Below are positions 8,651 through 17,357 of a stretch of DNA of 64,000 nt, one piece after another. The stretch covers positions 3,106 through 67,105 of the forward strand of contig CALXBX010000051.1 in the NCBI GenBank assembly GCA_944386655.1, read 5' to 3'. Below the pieces are notes generated by a model, which was given only the letters and a program-made list of their open reading frames with translations, ran no database searches and had not been told where the DNA came from. Position 1 is the first letter of the stretch; each line of letters opens with the position of its first letter. This stretch comes from an uncultured Clostridia bacterium. GTDB lineage: Bacteria; Bacillota; Clostridia; TANB77; CAG-508. The position numbers and the translations under genes are program-made.

Positions 8651-8679
8651 TTGCAAACCCTAAGGTAATATAGTATAAT
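8651..8679 (+). promoter_or_regulatory. SigA-type promoter of the tyrS leader
   Basis: TTGCAA, 17-nt spacer, TATAAT. Confidence 0.7.
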
Positions 8680-8685
8680 TATAAA

Positions 8686-8922
8686 CAACTTTATTTAATT
8701 ATGTTTGAAAAGAAAATAGTAGGAGACTATTGTGACAAAAGAGAGATAATGAAAGGTGAAAATTATCCGTAAATAGAAAATCCGAATTACATTTCTTATA
8801 GTAATTAGCGTGTAAGCAGCGAGATGCTTAAAAATAAAGAGGCATGTAAAAAATTACATGTAAATAAAGGTGGTACCACGAGTCAAATCGTCCTTTACTA
8901 AAAGGATAGTTTGGCTCTTTTT
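8686..8922 (+). promoter_or_regulatory. T-box leader with a tyrosine (UAC) specifier controlling tyrS
   Basis: AGAGA motif in stem I. UAC followed by A at 8788-8791. Conserved T-box AAAGGTGGTACCACGAG at 8866-8882. Terminator stem 8881-8916 plus T run. Confidence 0.85.
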
Positions 8923-8952
8923 AGTATAAAAATAAAAGAGAGGAGAAAAAAG

Positions 8953-10191
8953 ATGACATTAGTAGAAGAATTAAAATGGAGGGGACTAATCAAAGACATT
9001 TCTAGTCCAGAACTAGAAGAAAAACTTAATCAAGGAGGATTAACTTTTTATATAGGAACAGACCCTACAGCAGATAGCTTGCACGTAGGACATTTATCTA
9101 GCTTTTTAATATCCAAAAGGCTAAAAGAAGCAGGACATACTCCTATCTTATTAGTAGGAGGAGGAACAGGAATGATAGGAGATCCTAGACCTACTACAGA
9201 AAGAGCGATGATATCTAAAGAAGAAGTAACCAAAAACTTTGAAGGACTAAAAGCACAAGTAGAAAAGTTATTTGGCTTTGAAGTTGTAAACAATTACGAC
9301 TGGCACAAAGATATCAACGTGTTAGATTTCTTAAGAGATTACGGAAAATACTTTAATATTAACTACATGTTAGATAAAGATATTATTAGAAGAAGATTAG
9401 ACACAGGTATTACTTATACAGAATTTTCTTACATGATTTTACAAGCGTTAGATTTTAAATATCTACATGAGCATAAAAATGTAGATTTGCAATGTGCAGG
9501 TTCCGACCAATGGGGAAATATTACAGCAGGAATTGATTTAATTAGAAAATCAACAGGAGATGAAGTATACGGCTTTACTATGCCACTTGTCACCGATTCC
9601 CAAGGAAAGAAATTTGGAAAGAGTGAAGGAAATGCTCTATGGCTTGATAAAGAAAAAACATCTAGTTATAAGCTATATCAATTCTTTGTAAATGTAGAAG
9701 ATTGTATGGTAATTGATTACCTAAAAATCTATACCTTCCTATCCAAAGAAGAAATAGAAGAATTAGAAAAAAGAAATCAAGAACACCCAGAACTAAGAGA
9801 AGCCCATAAAGCCCTTGCAAGAGAAATTATTACCTTTTTACATGGAAAAGAAGAATATGAAAGAGCCGTGAATCTTGCAGACCATTTATTCCATAATAAA
9901 TTCCAAGATTTATCTAAGAAAGATATAGAAGATTTATTTGGAAGCGAAGAAAAAAAGATAGTAGAAGAAGGAATGAGCATTTTAGATGCACTAGTTCAAG
10001 TAGGAGCAGCAAGCAGTAAAAGAGAAGCAAGAGAATTTGTAGCAAACGGAGCTGTTTCCATTAATGGTGAAAAAGTAACAGACGTAAATGCAGAAATAAC
10101 AGCGGCAAGCTTTATAGAAGGAACCTATATTGTTATCAAAAGAGGAAAGAAAAATTACTATATAGGAATGTCTCAAAAATGTCAGGGATAA
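8953..10191 (+). CDS. tyrS: Tyrosine--tRNA ligase
   Basis: MTLVEELKWRGLIKD..., HVGHL (HIGH) and KFGKS (KMSKS) motifs, C-terminal S4 domain. ATG 8953 follows AGAGAGGAG. The ORF-track start at 8911 lies inside the T-box terminator. Confidence 0.95.
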   Translation: MTLVEELKWRGLIKDISSPELEEKLNQGGLTFYIGTDPTADSLHVGHLSSFLISKRLKEAGHTPILLVGGGTGMIGDPRPTTERAMISKEEVTKNFEGLKAQVEKLFGFEVVNNYDWHKDINVLDFLRDYGKYFNINYMLDKDIIRRRLDTGITYTEFSYMILQALDFKYLHEHKNVDLQCAGSDQWGNITAGIDLIRKSTGDEVYGFTMPLVTDSQGKKFGKSEGNALWLDKEKTSSYKLYQFFVNVEDCMVIDYLKIYTFLSKEEIEELEKRNQEHPELREAHKALAREIITFLHGKEEYERAVNLADHLFHNKFQDLSKKDIEDLFGSEEKKIVEEGMSILDALVQVGAASSKREAREFVANGAVSINGEKVTDVNAEITAASFIEGTYIVIKRGKKNYYIGMSQKCQG

Positions 10192-10235
10192 GTGAGACAT
10201 GTCTCATTTAACCCTGACTTAAGTGGGACACTTAA
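10174..10235 (+). repeat. Palindromic element overlapping the tyrS stop codon (contains copy 2 of the 21-mer)
   Basis: The 21-mer is identical to 3323-3343. There is a 19-bp hairpin GTCAGGGATAAGTGAGACA/TGTCTCATTTAACCCTGAC (10181-10218, one mismatch), then TTAAGTG-GGA-CACTTAA (10219-10235). Confidence 0.75.
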
Positions 10236-10263
10236 AAAGAAAAAAGGGGAAAAAGGAAGAAAA

Positions 10264-11406
10264 ATGGCAGATAAACAAGAATGGGAAGAATTAGAAAAAT
10301 GGTATAGAGAGAAACAAGAGAAAAATAGAGAAGAATATGGTTTTGATAAAAGTGTTTTAGAAGAAAAGAAACCGTTAAAAGAATCGGTAAGAACTACCAT
10401 GCACTCTGTTGTAGAAATGAAAAATATTGTATGGATTATTTTGGTAGTTCTTTGCTGTATTCTTATCTTCTTTATTTTAAATAGATTATATTTTGCTACC
10501 CATAAAACAGACGAACAGAAAGTTATAGAAACAGCCAAAAGTTTATATGGCGTGGATTGTAGCGTTGTGCAGAAAAAAGAGTTAGAAGAAGGAAAAAATA
10601 AATATACTTTGCAAGTAAATAACCAACCGGAAGTGACATTTCAATGTGTGAAAACGGGAGGTGGTTATGCTTTTGATTATACATCTTATAGCCACCAACG
10701 CTATTTTGAACAGTGGAAAAGCGAGAAAAAAGAACAGTTTGTAGTAGAAGAGAAAACTACAACAGATGGATTATTCCAATATGAAACTTATATTCCAATA
10801 ACGGTAGAAGATTTTGAGGTTATTGAGAATAAAATTGAGGACATAGGAGAATTTGTAGAATATGCAGGAGAAAATTATTCCCCCTTTTGGAATGTGTATT
10901 TAGCTTATGGAGAAAGTAGAATTTATCCTTATAGTGGTATGCCCTCTCAAATAGATAAGGAACAAGCAGTAGAAGAGAGTAAGAGAACCTTTATAAATTA
11001 CATAATGAAGAAAGAGCCAGAAGAGGCAAGACAATTGTACTCTACAGAAATCTTAAATACTTATTGGAAACCAACTGCTTTAAAAGTGGTACTAAATGGA
11101 AAAGAAATACCGATAACGAATTCTGTAGTACAAATGTATTATTCTACACAAGAAAAAGAATATACATTACAACTCTATACAGAGTTCGTAAAACAAATAA
11201 ATGGAGTAGAAATTATTAGTAGAGCAGAAATGATGCCGACAGAATTTTCGTATGGAGGACATACCTACACTGTAACGAATAAGGATACAAATTTGGAAAA
11301 ATATCAATTAGGTTATACTTTGAGCCTACAGGAATTAGAAGAACTATTTCATGCGAAAATAGAATTGGATAAGGAAGAAGAAATAGCATGGATTACAATA
11401 CCATAA
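10264..11406 (+). CDS. Hypothetical single-pass membrane protein
   Basis: ATG after AAGGAAG. Charged N-terminus, one TM (IVWIILVVLCCILIFFIL), then an extracytoplasmic domain of about 280 aa with no motif I recognise. Confidence 0.5.
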   Translation: MADKQEWEELEKWYREKQEKNREEYGFDKSVLEEKKPLKESVRTTMHSVVEMKNIVWIILVVLCCILIFFILNRLYFATHKTDEQKVIETAKSLYGVDCSVVQKKELEEGKNKYTLQVNNQPEVTFQCVKTGGGYAFDYTSYSHQRYFEQWKSEKKEQFVVEEKTTTDGLFQYETYIPITVEDFEVIENKIEDIGEFVEYAGENYSPFWNVYLAYGESRIYPYSGMPSQIDKEQAVEESKRTFINYIMKKEPEEARQLYSTEILNTYWKPTALKVVLNGKEIPITNSVVQMYYSTQEKEYTLQLYTEFVKQINGVEIISRAEMMPTEFSYGGHTYTVTNKDTNLEKYQLGYTLSLQELEELFHAKIELDKEEEIAWITIP

Positions 11407-11508
11407 AATTTTTAGAAAAGGGCTTACAAAAAAATAAGTGGTATGATAAGATAGCATTAGGGGAAAAATAAAAGGGAATACATAAGAAAAAACAAAAGGA
11501 GAAAAAAT

Positions 11509-11952
11509 ATGCTATTTAATATTCTAGCAATTTTTGTAGGACTAGCCCTTCTAGTGATAGGTGCGGATATATTAGTAAAAGGGGCTAGCAACATAGCCAA
11601 AAAATTTCATATTCCAGAAATTTTAATAGGACTTACTATTGTAGCAATAGGAACAGCTCTTCCAGAAATGGTAACTTCTTTAATAGCAGTCATTACAGGC
11701 GATGCCGATATAGCAGTAGGAAATTTAATTGGTTCTAGTGTATTAAATTCTTTCCTTATTTTAGGAATAGGAGCAGCCATTACACCACTTACCATTTCAG
11801 CAGAATTTACAGAAAATTTATTACTTCTTATCTTCTCTACTGCCTTGCTTTGGTTGTTCTGCTATTTGCCAAAAAAAGATACGCTAACAAGACCAAAAGG
11901 ATTGATTTTAGTCCTAATTTTTGCAATATACATGATAAAATTATTTGTGTAA
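11509..11952 (+). CDS. Half-size Ca2+/cation antiporter (CaCA/YrbG-like) with a single alpha-repeat
   Basis: MLFNILAIFVGLALLVIGADILVKGASNIAKKFHIPEILIGLTIVAIGTALPE is the N-terminal Na_Ca_ex repeat. The ORF stops after about 5 TM segments (147 aa), whereas full-length family members have two repeats. Confidence 0.6.
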   Translation: MLFNILAIFVGLALLVIGADILVKGASNIAKKFHIPEILIGLTIVAIGTALPEMVTSLIAVITGDADIAVGNLIGSSVLNSFLILGIGAAITPLTISAEFTENLLLLIFSTALLWLFCYLPKKDTLTRPKGLILVLIFAIYMIKLFV

Positions 11953-12034
11953 AGAAAAAACATATATTTTTCGCATAAGAAAGCAAGAAGCTGGAAATAA
12001 TGAAAATAAGAAAACAAAAAGGAGTGGAAAATAT

Positions 12035-12472
12035 ATGGAAAAAACCGTAAGTTGTTTAAATCAATTTTTAGCAGATTTAGCAGTATTTTATAGAAAACTG
12101 CAAAATTTTCATTGGAATGTAGAGGGAAAAGATTTTTATGTTATTCATGCAAAACTAGAAGAATATTACGATGACATCAATGAGCAAATTGACGAAATAG
12201 CAGAATACATCTTAAGCATAGGAGGGCAACCTTTGGGAACTATGAAAGACTACATGCAAATTACAAAAATACAAGAGGCGGAAAATGTAAAAGTAAAAAG
12301 TGATGCTGTATTATCTTGTTTAATAAAAGATTATGAAACTATTTTGCAAGAAGCAAAACAAATCAAACAGGAAAGTGATACAAACAATGATGCACAAACC
12401 TCTACTATGATGGATGACTATATTGAAGATTATAGTAAAAAGTTATGGATGTTACGTCAAACAATGGCATAG
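12035..12472 (+). CDS. dps: Dps-family DNA-protection/ferritin-like protein
   Basis: LNQFLADLAVFYRKLQNFHWNVEGKDFYVIHAKLEEYYDDINEQIDEIAEYI. ATG 12035 follows AAAGGAG. Confidence 0.9.
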   Translation: MEKTVSCLNQFLADLAVFYRKLQNFHWNVEGKDFYVIHAKLEEYYDDINEQIDEIAEYILSIGGQPLGTMKDYMQITKIQEAENVKVKSDAVLSCLIKDYETILQEAKQIKQESDTNNDAQTSTMMDDYIEDYSKKLWMLRQTMA

Positions 12473-12498
12473 AGGAAAAGATAATAATATATTAAAAA

Positions 12499-12518
12499 AT
12501 TATGGAAACAAGTAACCA
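12499..12518 (+). repeat. Box D (ATTATGGAAACAAGTAACCA)
   Basis: 19/20 identity to box A. It is followed by the same GATATAATCCTTCT leader. Confidence 0.8.
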
Positions 12519-12601
12519 GCAAAAAATAAAGAGTTATAAAATGAAAAATAGTAAAAAAGATATAATCCTTCTTGTTAAAAGAGACAAGGAGGATTTTTAT
12601 T

Positions 12602-13606
12602 ATGCAAAAGAATAAAGAAAACGGAATTACAATGGTTACATTAGCAGTAACTATTATTGTAATAATCATTTTAGCTGGTGTAAGTATTAACACTTTAATT
12701 GGAGATAATGGAATTATTACGAAGGCGCAGCAAGCAAGAAAAAATATAGAATTAGCACAAGTAGAAGAACAAACGTCTTTGAATCAGTTGTATGAACAGA
12801 TGGAGCAAGAAGGAAAATATGAAGAAGATGAGGAATCACAACAAAAAGATGAAATGATAAAGTCCTTGCAAGAACAGTTAGAAGAACGAAGTAAAGAAAT
12901 AGAAGAATTAAAAAAACAATTGCAGATTTACAAATTAAAAGAAGGGGATTATATTCAATATGATACAGGAGTAGAAGGAGTAGGTAAAATAACTTGTAGA
13001 GTCTTGTATACAGCAAGTTCAAAGTATGGATTACAAATTATTGCAGATGAAGGCGTAGAAACAGTATCATTAGGAGTGATGGATAACCTTGAAGCATCAA
13101 AAACAAGTTATAATAATGCGATAGAAACATTAAATCGTAAAGCGGAAACATATATTAATACAACATATGCTACAGATGCAAGATGTGTAGGAAGTGTGCC
13201 AACAGTAGAAAATGGAGTATTTATCAATAAAAATTCGGAAACAGCAGGACCTGTTACAATGCAATTTGCATACAATGGAAGTACGAGTATAGATGCTAAA
13301 GGAGAAGATACAAATTATACGGCAGATGAAGAACAATTGAGAAGTTTCAATCTTTTAGTAACAGGCTATGAATATTGGTTATCTTCTCGTTATATATTTT
13401 CCAATTCTACTGGCTGTGGGTTAAATATACGCAGAATAACAGCATCTGGAAGTTTATTTTATGGCGACATGTGTTCTATTTATTATACAGGAAAAGCTGT
13501 TGGAAGAGGTTATGACTTTGCTCTTCGTCCTTGCATTCTTTTAAGAGACGATATAGAAATAGTAGGTGGAAATGGAAGTGAAGAAAAACCGTATATAATA
13601 GGTTAA
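12602..13606 (+). CDS. Prepilin-like N-terminal module fused to a coiled-coil and an unknown C-terminal domain
   Basis: ATG after AAGGAGG. N-terminus is MQKNKENG|ITMVTLAVTIIVIIILAGVSINTLIGDNGIITKAQQA. This is followed by a Glu/Lys-rich coiled segment and a Cys-containing domain of about 210 aa (..YWLSSRYIFS..RPCILL). Confidence 0.65.
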   Translation: MQKNKENGITMVTLAVTIIVIIILAGVSINTLIGDNGIITKAQQARKNIELAQVEEQTSLNQLYEQMEQEGKYEEDEESQQKDEMIKSLQEQLEERSKEIEELKKQLQIYKLKEGDYIQYDTGVEGVGKITCRVLYTASSKYGLQIIADEGVETVSLGVMDNLEASKTSYNNAIETLNRKAETYINTTYATDARCVGSVPTVENGVFINKNSETAGPVTMQFAYNGSTSIDAKGEDTNYTADEEQLRSFNLLVTGYEYWLSSRYIFSNSTGCGLNIRRITASGSLFYGDMCSIYYTGKAVGRGYDFALRPCILLRDDIEIVGGNGSEEKPYIIG

Positions 13607-13636
13607 GCATAAAAAATGCAAGAAATAATGTTGAGA

Positions 13637-13656
13637 ATTATGAAAATGAGTAAACA
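13637..13656 (+). repeat. Box E (degenerate: ATTATGAAAATGAGTAAACA)
   Basis: 17/20 identity to box A, same orientation, 30 nt after the stop of gene 12602-13606. Confidence 0.55.
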
Positions 13657-13675
13657 ACAGGATAAAATACGCACA

Positions 13676-13704
13676 TTGACATTTCCTTCCCATAAGTATA
13701 TACT
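13676..13704 (+). promoter_or_regulatory. SigA-type promoter of the class B PBP gene
   Basis: TTGACA, 17-nt spacer, TATACT. Confidence 0.65.
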
Positions 13705-13734
13705 TTAAAAAAGAAATAGAGAGGGGAGAAGAAA

Positions 13735-15768
13735 ATGTACCAGAAAAGTAAAAAGGTAGTGATAATAGTTGCCATTTTTGTAATTTTATTAGCGGTAAGT
13801 GTGGCTGGGTTCTTTATATGGTATAACAATACAAAAGCAAATCCAGAAGATACATTGGTGTCTTATATAGATGCTTTAAAAGCAAAAGATTACGAAACCA
13901 TGTATAGTAAAATTAGCAAGGAAAGTAAAGATAGTACTACAAAAGAAGATTTTATAGCGAGAAATAAAAATATTTATGAAGGTATAGAAGCAAGCAATTT
14001 ATCGATTAGTATTGCTCAAGTAACAGAGGAAGGAAATAAAGCACAAATTGTTTATTCTACTACCATGCAGACTGTGGCAGGACAAATGAGTTTCTCTAAT
14101 ACAGCAAATTTAGTAAAAAATGCAGAAAATGGATATGATATAGAATGGTCTTCTAATCTTATTTTCCCAGAATTGCAAGATGATTATAAAGTAAGAGTAC
14201 AAACCTTAGAAGGAACAAGAGGAAGAATATTAGATAGAAACGATGTCGTTCTTGCAGGAAAACAAACAGCCTCTTCTATTGGATTAGTACCAGGAAAAAT
14301 GGGAGAAAATAAGGAAGAAGACATAGCAAATATTGCTACTTTGTTAGACATTTCAGAAAATACGATTCAAAATGCACTATCAGCTTCTTATGTAAAAGAT
14401 GACACCTTTGTACCTTTAAAAACAGTACAAAAAGGGGAACAAGAGTTAAAAAATCAATTGTTAGAAATTTCTGGCATTAAAATTATAGATACAACTGCAC
14501 GTGTCTATCCATTAGGAGAAGCAACCTCTCACCTATTAGGATATGTACAAACTATTAGTGCAGAAGAATTAAAAGAAAATGTAAATAGAGGGTATACCAA
14601 TACCAGTGTAATAGGAAAAACTGGTTTAGAAAAGACATATGAAGACACCTTAAAAGCTACAGATGGAGCGGAAATTTATATTGTAGATGCAGAAGGAAAT
14701 AAAAAGAAAACACTTGCTAAAAAGCAAGAGCAAAATGGTAAAGACGTGAAATTAACCATAGATTCTACTATTCAACAAAAATTATACAATCAATTAAAAG
14801 AAGATAAGGCAGCAGCAGTTGCTATGAATCCAAATACAGGAGAAATTTTAGCATTAGTCAGTTGTCCTACTTTCAATTCGAATGATTTTAGCTTAGGAAT
14901 GACGACAAACCAATGGAATCGTTTGTCTCAAGATGAAACAAAACCATTATACAATCGTTATCTTCAAACTTATGTGCCAGGTTCTGGATTTAAACCAATT
15001 ACAGGTGCAATTGGTTTAGATACAAGCTCTTTTACAGCAGAAGAAGATTTTGGAACAAGTGGAACAAAATGGCAAGCATCAAATAGCTGGAGAGATTTCT
15101 ATGTTACCACACTAACAACTTATAGCGGACCAGCTAATTTGCAAAACGCTCTTATTTATTCGGATAATATTTACTTTGCAAAAGCAGGAATAAAAATAGG
15201 AAAACAAAATTTTATGAATAAATTAAATGTTTTAGGATTTGCAAAAAAGATTTCTTTTGAACAAGAACTAGCCATGTCTACTTATTCTAACAATAGTAGT
15301 TTTGATACAGAAACACAGTTAGCAAATACTGGCTATGGACAAGGGGAGCTTTTAGTTAATCCCGTACATATGGCAATGATATATTCTAGTTTCGCTAACG
15401 AAGGAAATATGCTTCAAGCATATTTGCTATATAAAGAAGATAAAACACCTACCTATTATGCAGAGCAAGTATTTTCGAAGGAAACAGCAAATACTATAAA
15501 GGAAGATTTAATACAGGTAGTGGAAAATCCAAATGGAACAGCACATAGTGCTAAGATAAATGGTGTGGTTTTAGCTGCTAAAACAGGAACTGCAGAAATA
15601 AAGGATAGCAAAGAGGATACCGAAGGAACGGAATTAGGATGGTTTAATGCTTTTACTGCGGACAAAAATGCCCAAAATCCATTATTAATTGTTAGCATGG
15701 TAGAAGATGTAAAGGGAAGAGGCGGAAGCCATTATGTGTTAGAAAAAATAAAGCCAATGTTTGAATAA
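13735..15768 (+). CDS. Class B penicillin-binding protein (transpeptidase) with a MecA-type NTF2-like N-terminal domain
   Basis: N-terminal TM. The NTF2-like segment reads YIDALKAKDYETMYSKISKES. Transpeptidase motifs are SGFK (SxxK), SDN and KTGT. Confidence 0.9.
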   Translation: MYQKSKKVVIIVAIFVILLAVSVAGFFIWYNNTKANPEDTLVSYIDALKAKDYETMYSKISKESKDSTTKEDFIARNKNIYEGIEASNLSISIAQVTEEGNKAQIVYSTTMQTVAGQMSFSNTANLVKNAENGYDIEWSSNLIFPELQDDYKVRVQTLEGTRGRILDRNDVVLAGKQTASSIGLVPGKMGENKEEDIANIATLLDISENTIQNALSASYVKDDTFVPLKTVQKGEQELKNQLLEISGIKIIDTTARVYPLGEATSHLLGYVQTISAEELKENVNRGYTNTSVIGKTGLEKTYEDTLKATDGAEIYIVDAEGNKKKTLAKKQEQNGKDVKLTIDSTIQQKLYNQLKEDKAAAVAMNPNTGEILALVSCPTFNSNDFSLGMTTNQWNRLSQDETKPLYNRYLQTYVPGSGFKPITGAIGLDTSSFTAEEDFGTSGTKWQASNSWRDFYVTTLTTYSGPANLQNALIYSDNIYFAKAGIKIGKQNFMNKLNVLGFAKKISFEQELAMSTYSNNSSFDTETQLANTGYGQGELLVNPVHMAMIYSSFANEGNMLQAYLLYKEDKTPTYYAEQVFSKETANTIKEDLIQVVENPNGTAHSAKINGVVLAAKTGTAEIKDSKEDTEGTELGWFNAFTADKNAQNPLLIVSMVEDVKGRGGSHYVLEKIKPMFE

Positions 15769-15797
15769 AAAATAACAAAAGAAGGGAAGGATAAATA

Positions 15798-16793
15798 ATG
15801 CCAGAAAGAGTAGTGGTAACTGGGGCTACAGGTCATATTGGTAATGCTTTATTACGAGAATTGCAAAAACAAAATTACGAAGTAGTTGCCTTTGTATTAG
15901 AAGGAGAAGATACAAAATGTATAGAAGATTTGGGTTGCCAAATTGTTTATGGAAATGTGCAAGATAGGAAGAGTCTTAAAGAAGCTTTTAGAGGAGCAAC
16001 AATGGTATTTCATTTAGCTGGAATCATAGAAATTGGCAGTACCAATAAAAAGAAATTATGGCAGGTAAATGTAGAAGGAACGAAAAATGTATGGAGAGCA
16101 TGTAAGGAAGAAAAAGTAAAAAGATTAATTTATACAAGCTCTGTTCATGCTATTCCAGAAAAACCAAAAGGACAAGAAATAGCAGAAACTACCACTTTTT
16201 CAAAAGACCTAGTAAAGGGAAGTTATGCTAAAACAAAGGCGGAGGCAACTGCATTTTTGCTTAGTAAAGCCAAAGAAGATGTGGAAATAGTAATTGTACA
16301 TCCTTCTGGAGTAATTGGTCCATATGAATATACTATTTCTAATTTAGGACAACTCATCATAGATTGTGCTAATAAAAAAATAGGAGCTTATTTAGAAGGT
16401 GGGTATAACTTTGTAGATGTAAGAGATGTAGCAAAAGGAACCATGTTAGCAGCACAAAAAGGAAAAACAGGAGAATGCTATATCTTAGCCGGTCATCAAA
16501 TTAGTGTAAAAGATTTAATGCATAAAATAGAAGAAATTACAAAAGTACCAGCTCCTAAATTCAAAATAGCAAGATGGTTTGCCTATATAACAGGTGTGTT
16601 TTCAGAATGCTATTCCAAAATAGTAAAAGAAAAACCACTGTTTACATCTTATGCCGTATATACATTAGGTACCAATAGCAACTTTAGTAATAAAAAAGCA
16701 GAAGAAAAGCTAGGTTATACCATAAGACCTATGGAAGAAACTTTAAAAGATACTATAGAATGGTTCCAAAGGCAAGGAAGAATAAACAAGTAA
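15798..16793 (+). CDS. NAD(P)-dependent epimerase/dehydratase-family SDR (dihydroflavonol-reductase-like)
   Basis: VVVTGATGHIGNALLREL Rossmann motif and YAKTK catalytic YxxxK. Confidence 0.75.
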   Translation: MPERVVVTGATGHIGNALLRELQKQNYEVVAFVLEGEDTKCIEDLGCQIVYGNVQDRKSLKEAFRGATMVFHLAGIIEIGSTNKKKLWQVNVEGTKNVWRACKEEKVKRLIYTSSVHAIPEKPKGQEIAETTTFSKDLVKGSYAKTKAEATAFLLSKAKEDVEIVIVHPSGVIGPYEYTISNLGQLIIDCANKKIGAYLEGGYNFVDVRDVAKGTMLAAQKGKTGECYILAGHQISVKDLMHKIEEITKVPAPKFKIARWFAYITGVFSECYSKIVKEKPLFTSYAVYTLGTNSNFSNKKAEEKLGYTIRPMEETLKDTIEWFQRQGRINK

Positions 16794-16826
16794 AAAAAGC
16801 AACTGACGAAGGAGTTTTTCACTTTG

Positions 16827-17271
16827 TTAGTTGCTTTTTAAGTTTAAAATAGCATTTCTAGCTAATTCGTCACAACGATTGTTATATTCATTATCGCTAT
16901 GTCCTTTTACTTTAATAAATTCTATTTTATGTATTTGTGTAAACTGATATAAGCTTTGCCAAAGCTCTTTATTCTTTACAGGAGAACCATCTGCTGTTTT
17001 CCAACCTTTTTTCATCCAATTATAAATCCATCCTTGTGTAAATCCGTTAATCACATAAGCACTATCGCTATAAACCTTAATAGAGCAAGGAAATTTTATG
17101 AGTTTTAAAGCTTCTACTACGGCTGTGAGTTCCATAATATTGTTGGTAGTATTAGGATTAGCACCTGAAATTTCTTTTTTGTGATTTCCATACATTAAAA
17201 TGGCTCCCCAACCTCCTGGGCCTGGATTTCCGAGAACATGCTCCATCTGTATAAATAATGACTTCTTCCAT
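16827..17271 (-). pseudogene. rnhA: Ribonuclease HI interrupted by a 1-nt frameshift after codon 13
   Basis: The main frame (to 17246) reads [14 protein letters not shown]...[11 protein letters not shown]...[16 protein letters not shown]. The expected N-terminus [13 protein letters not shown] (ATG 17271, AAAGGA RBS), which carries the first catalytic Asp, sits in another frame. The junction is ..GCATGTTCT-C-GGAAATCCA.. near 17233-17236. Confidence 0.7.
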
Positions 17272-17288
17272 ATATTTTTGTCCTTTCA

Positions 17289-17317
17289 TTGTAAAATTGT
17301 TTCATTTATGGTATTAT
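17289..17317 (+). promoter_or_regulatory. Extended -10 SigA-type promoter of tmcAL-coaE
   Basis: TTGTAA, 17-nt spacer ending in TGG, TATTAT. Confidence 0.6.
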
Positions 17318-17357
17318 ATCAATAGTGGAAAAAATAAACAAGAGGGAAGGGAAAAGT

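Noticed and set aside
8911-8952. N-terminal extension of tyrS from the ORF track (TTG start, MALFSIKIKERRKK).
   Set aside because: The TTG lies in the 3' arm of the T-box terminator. ATG 8953 has a strong RBS and gives the canonical TyrS N-terminus.
11945-12034. A 30-codon N-terminal extension of dps that overlaps the end of the CaCA gene.
   Set aside because: There is no RBS. ATG 12035 follows AAAGGAG and matches the normal Dps length.
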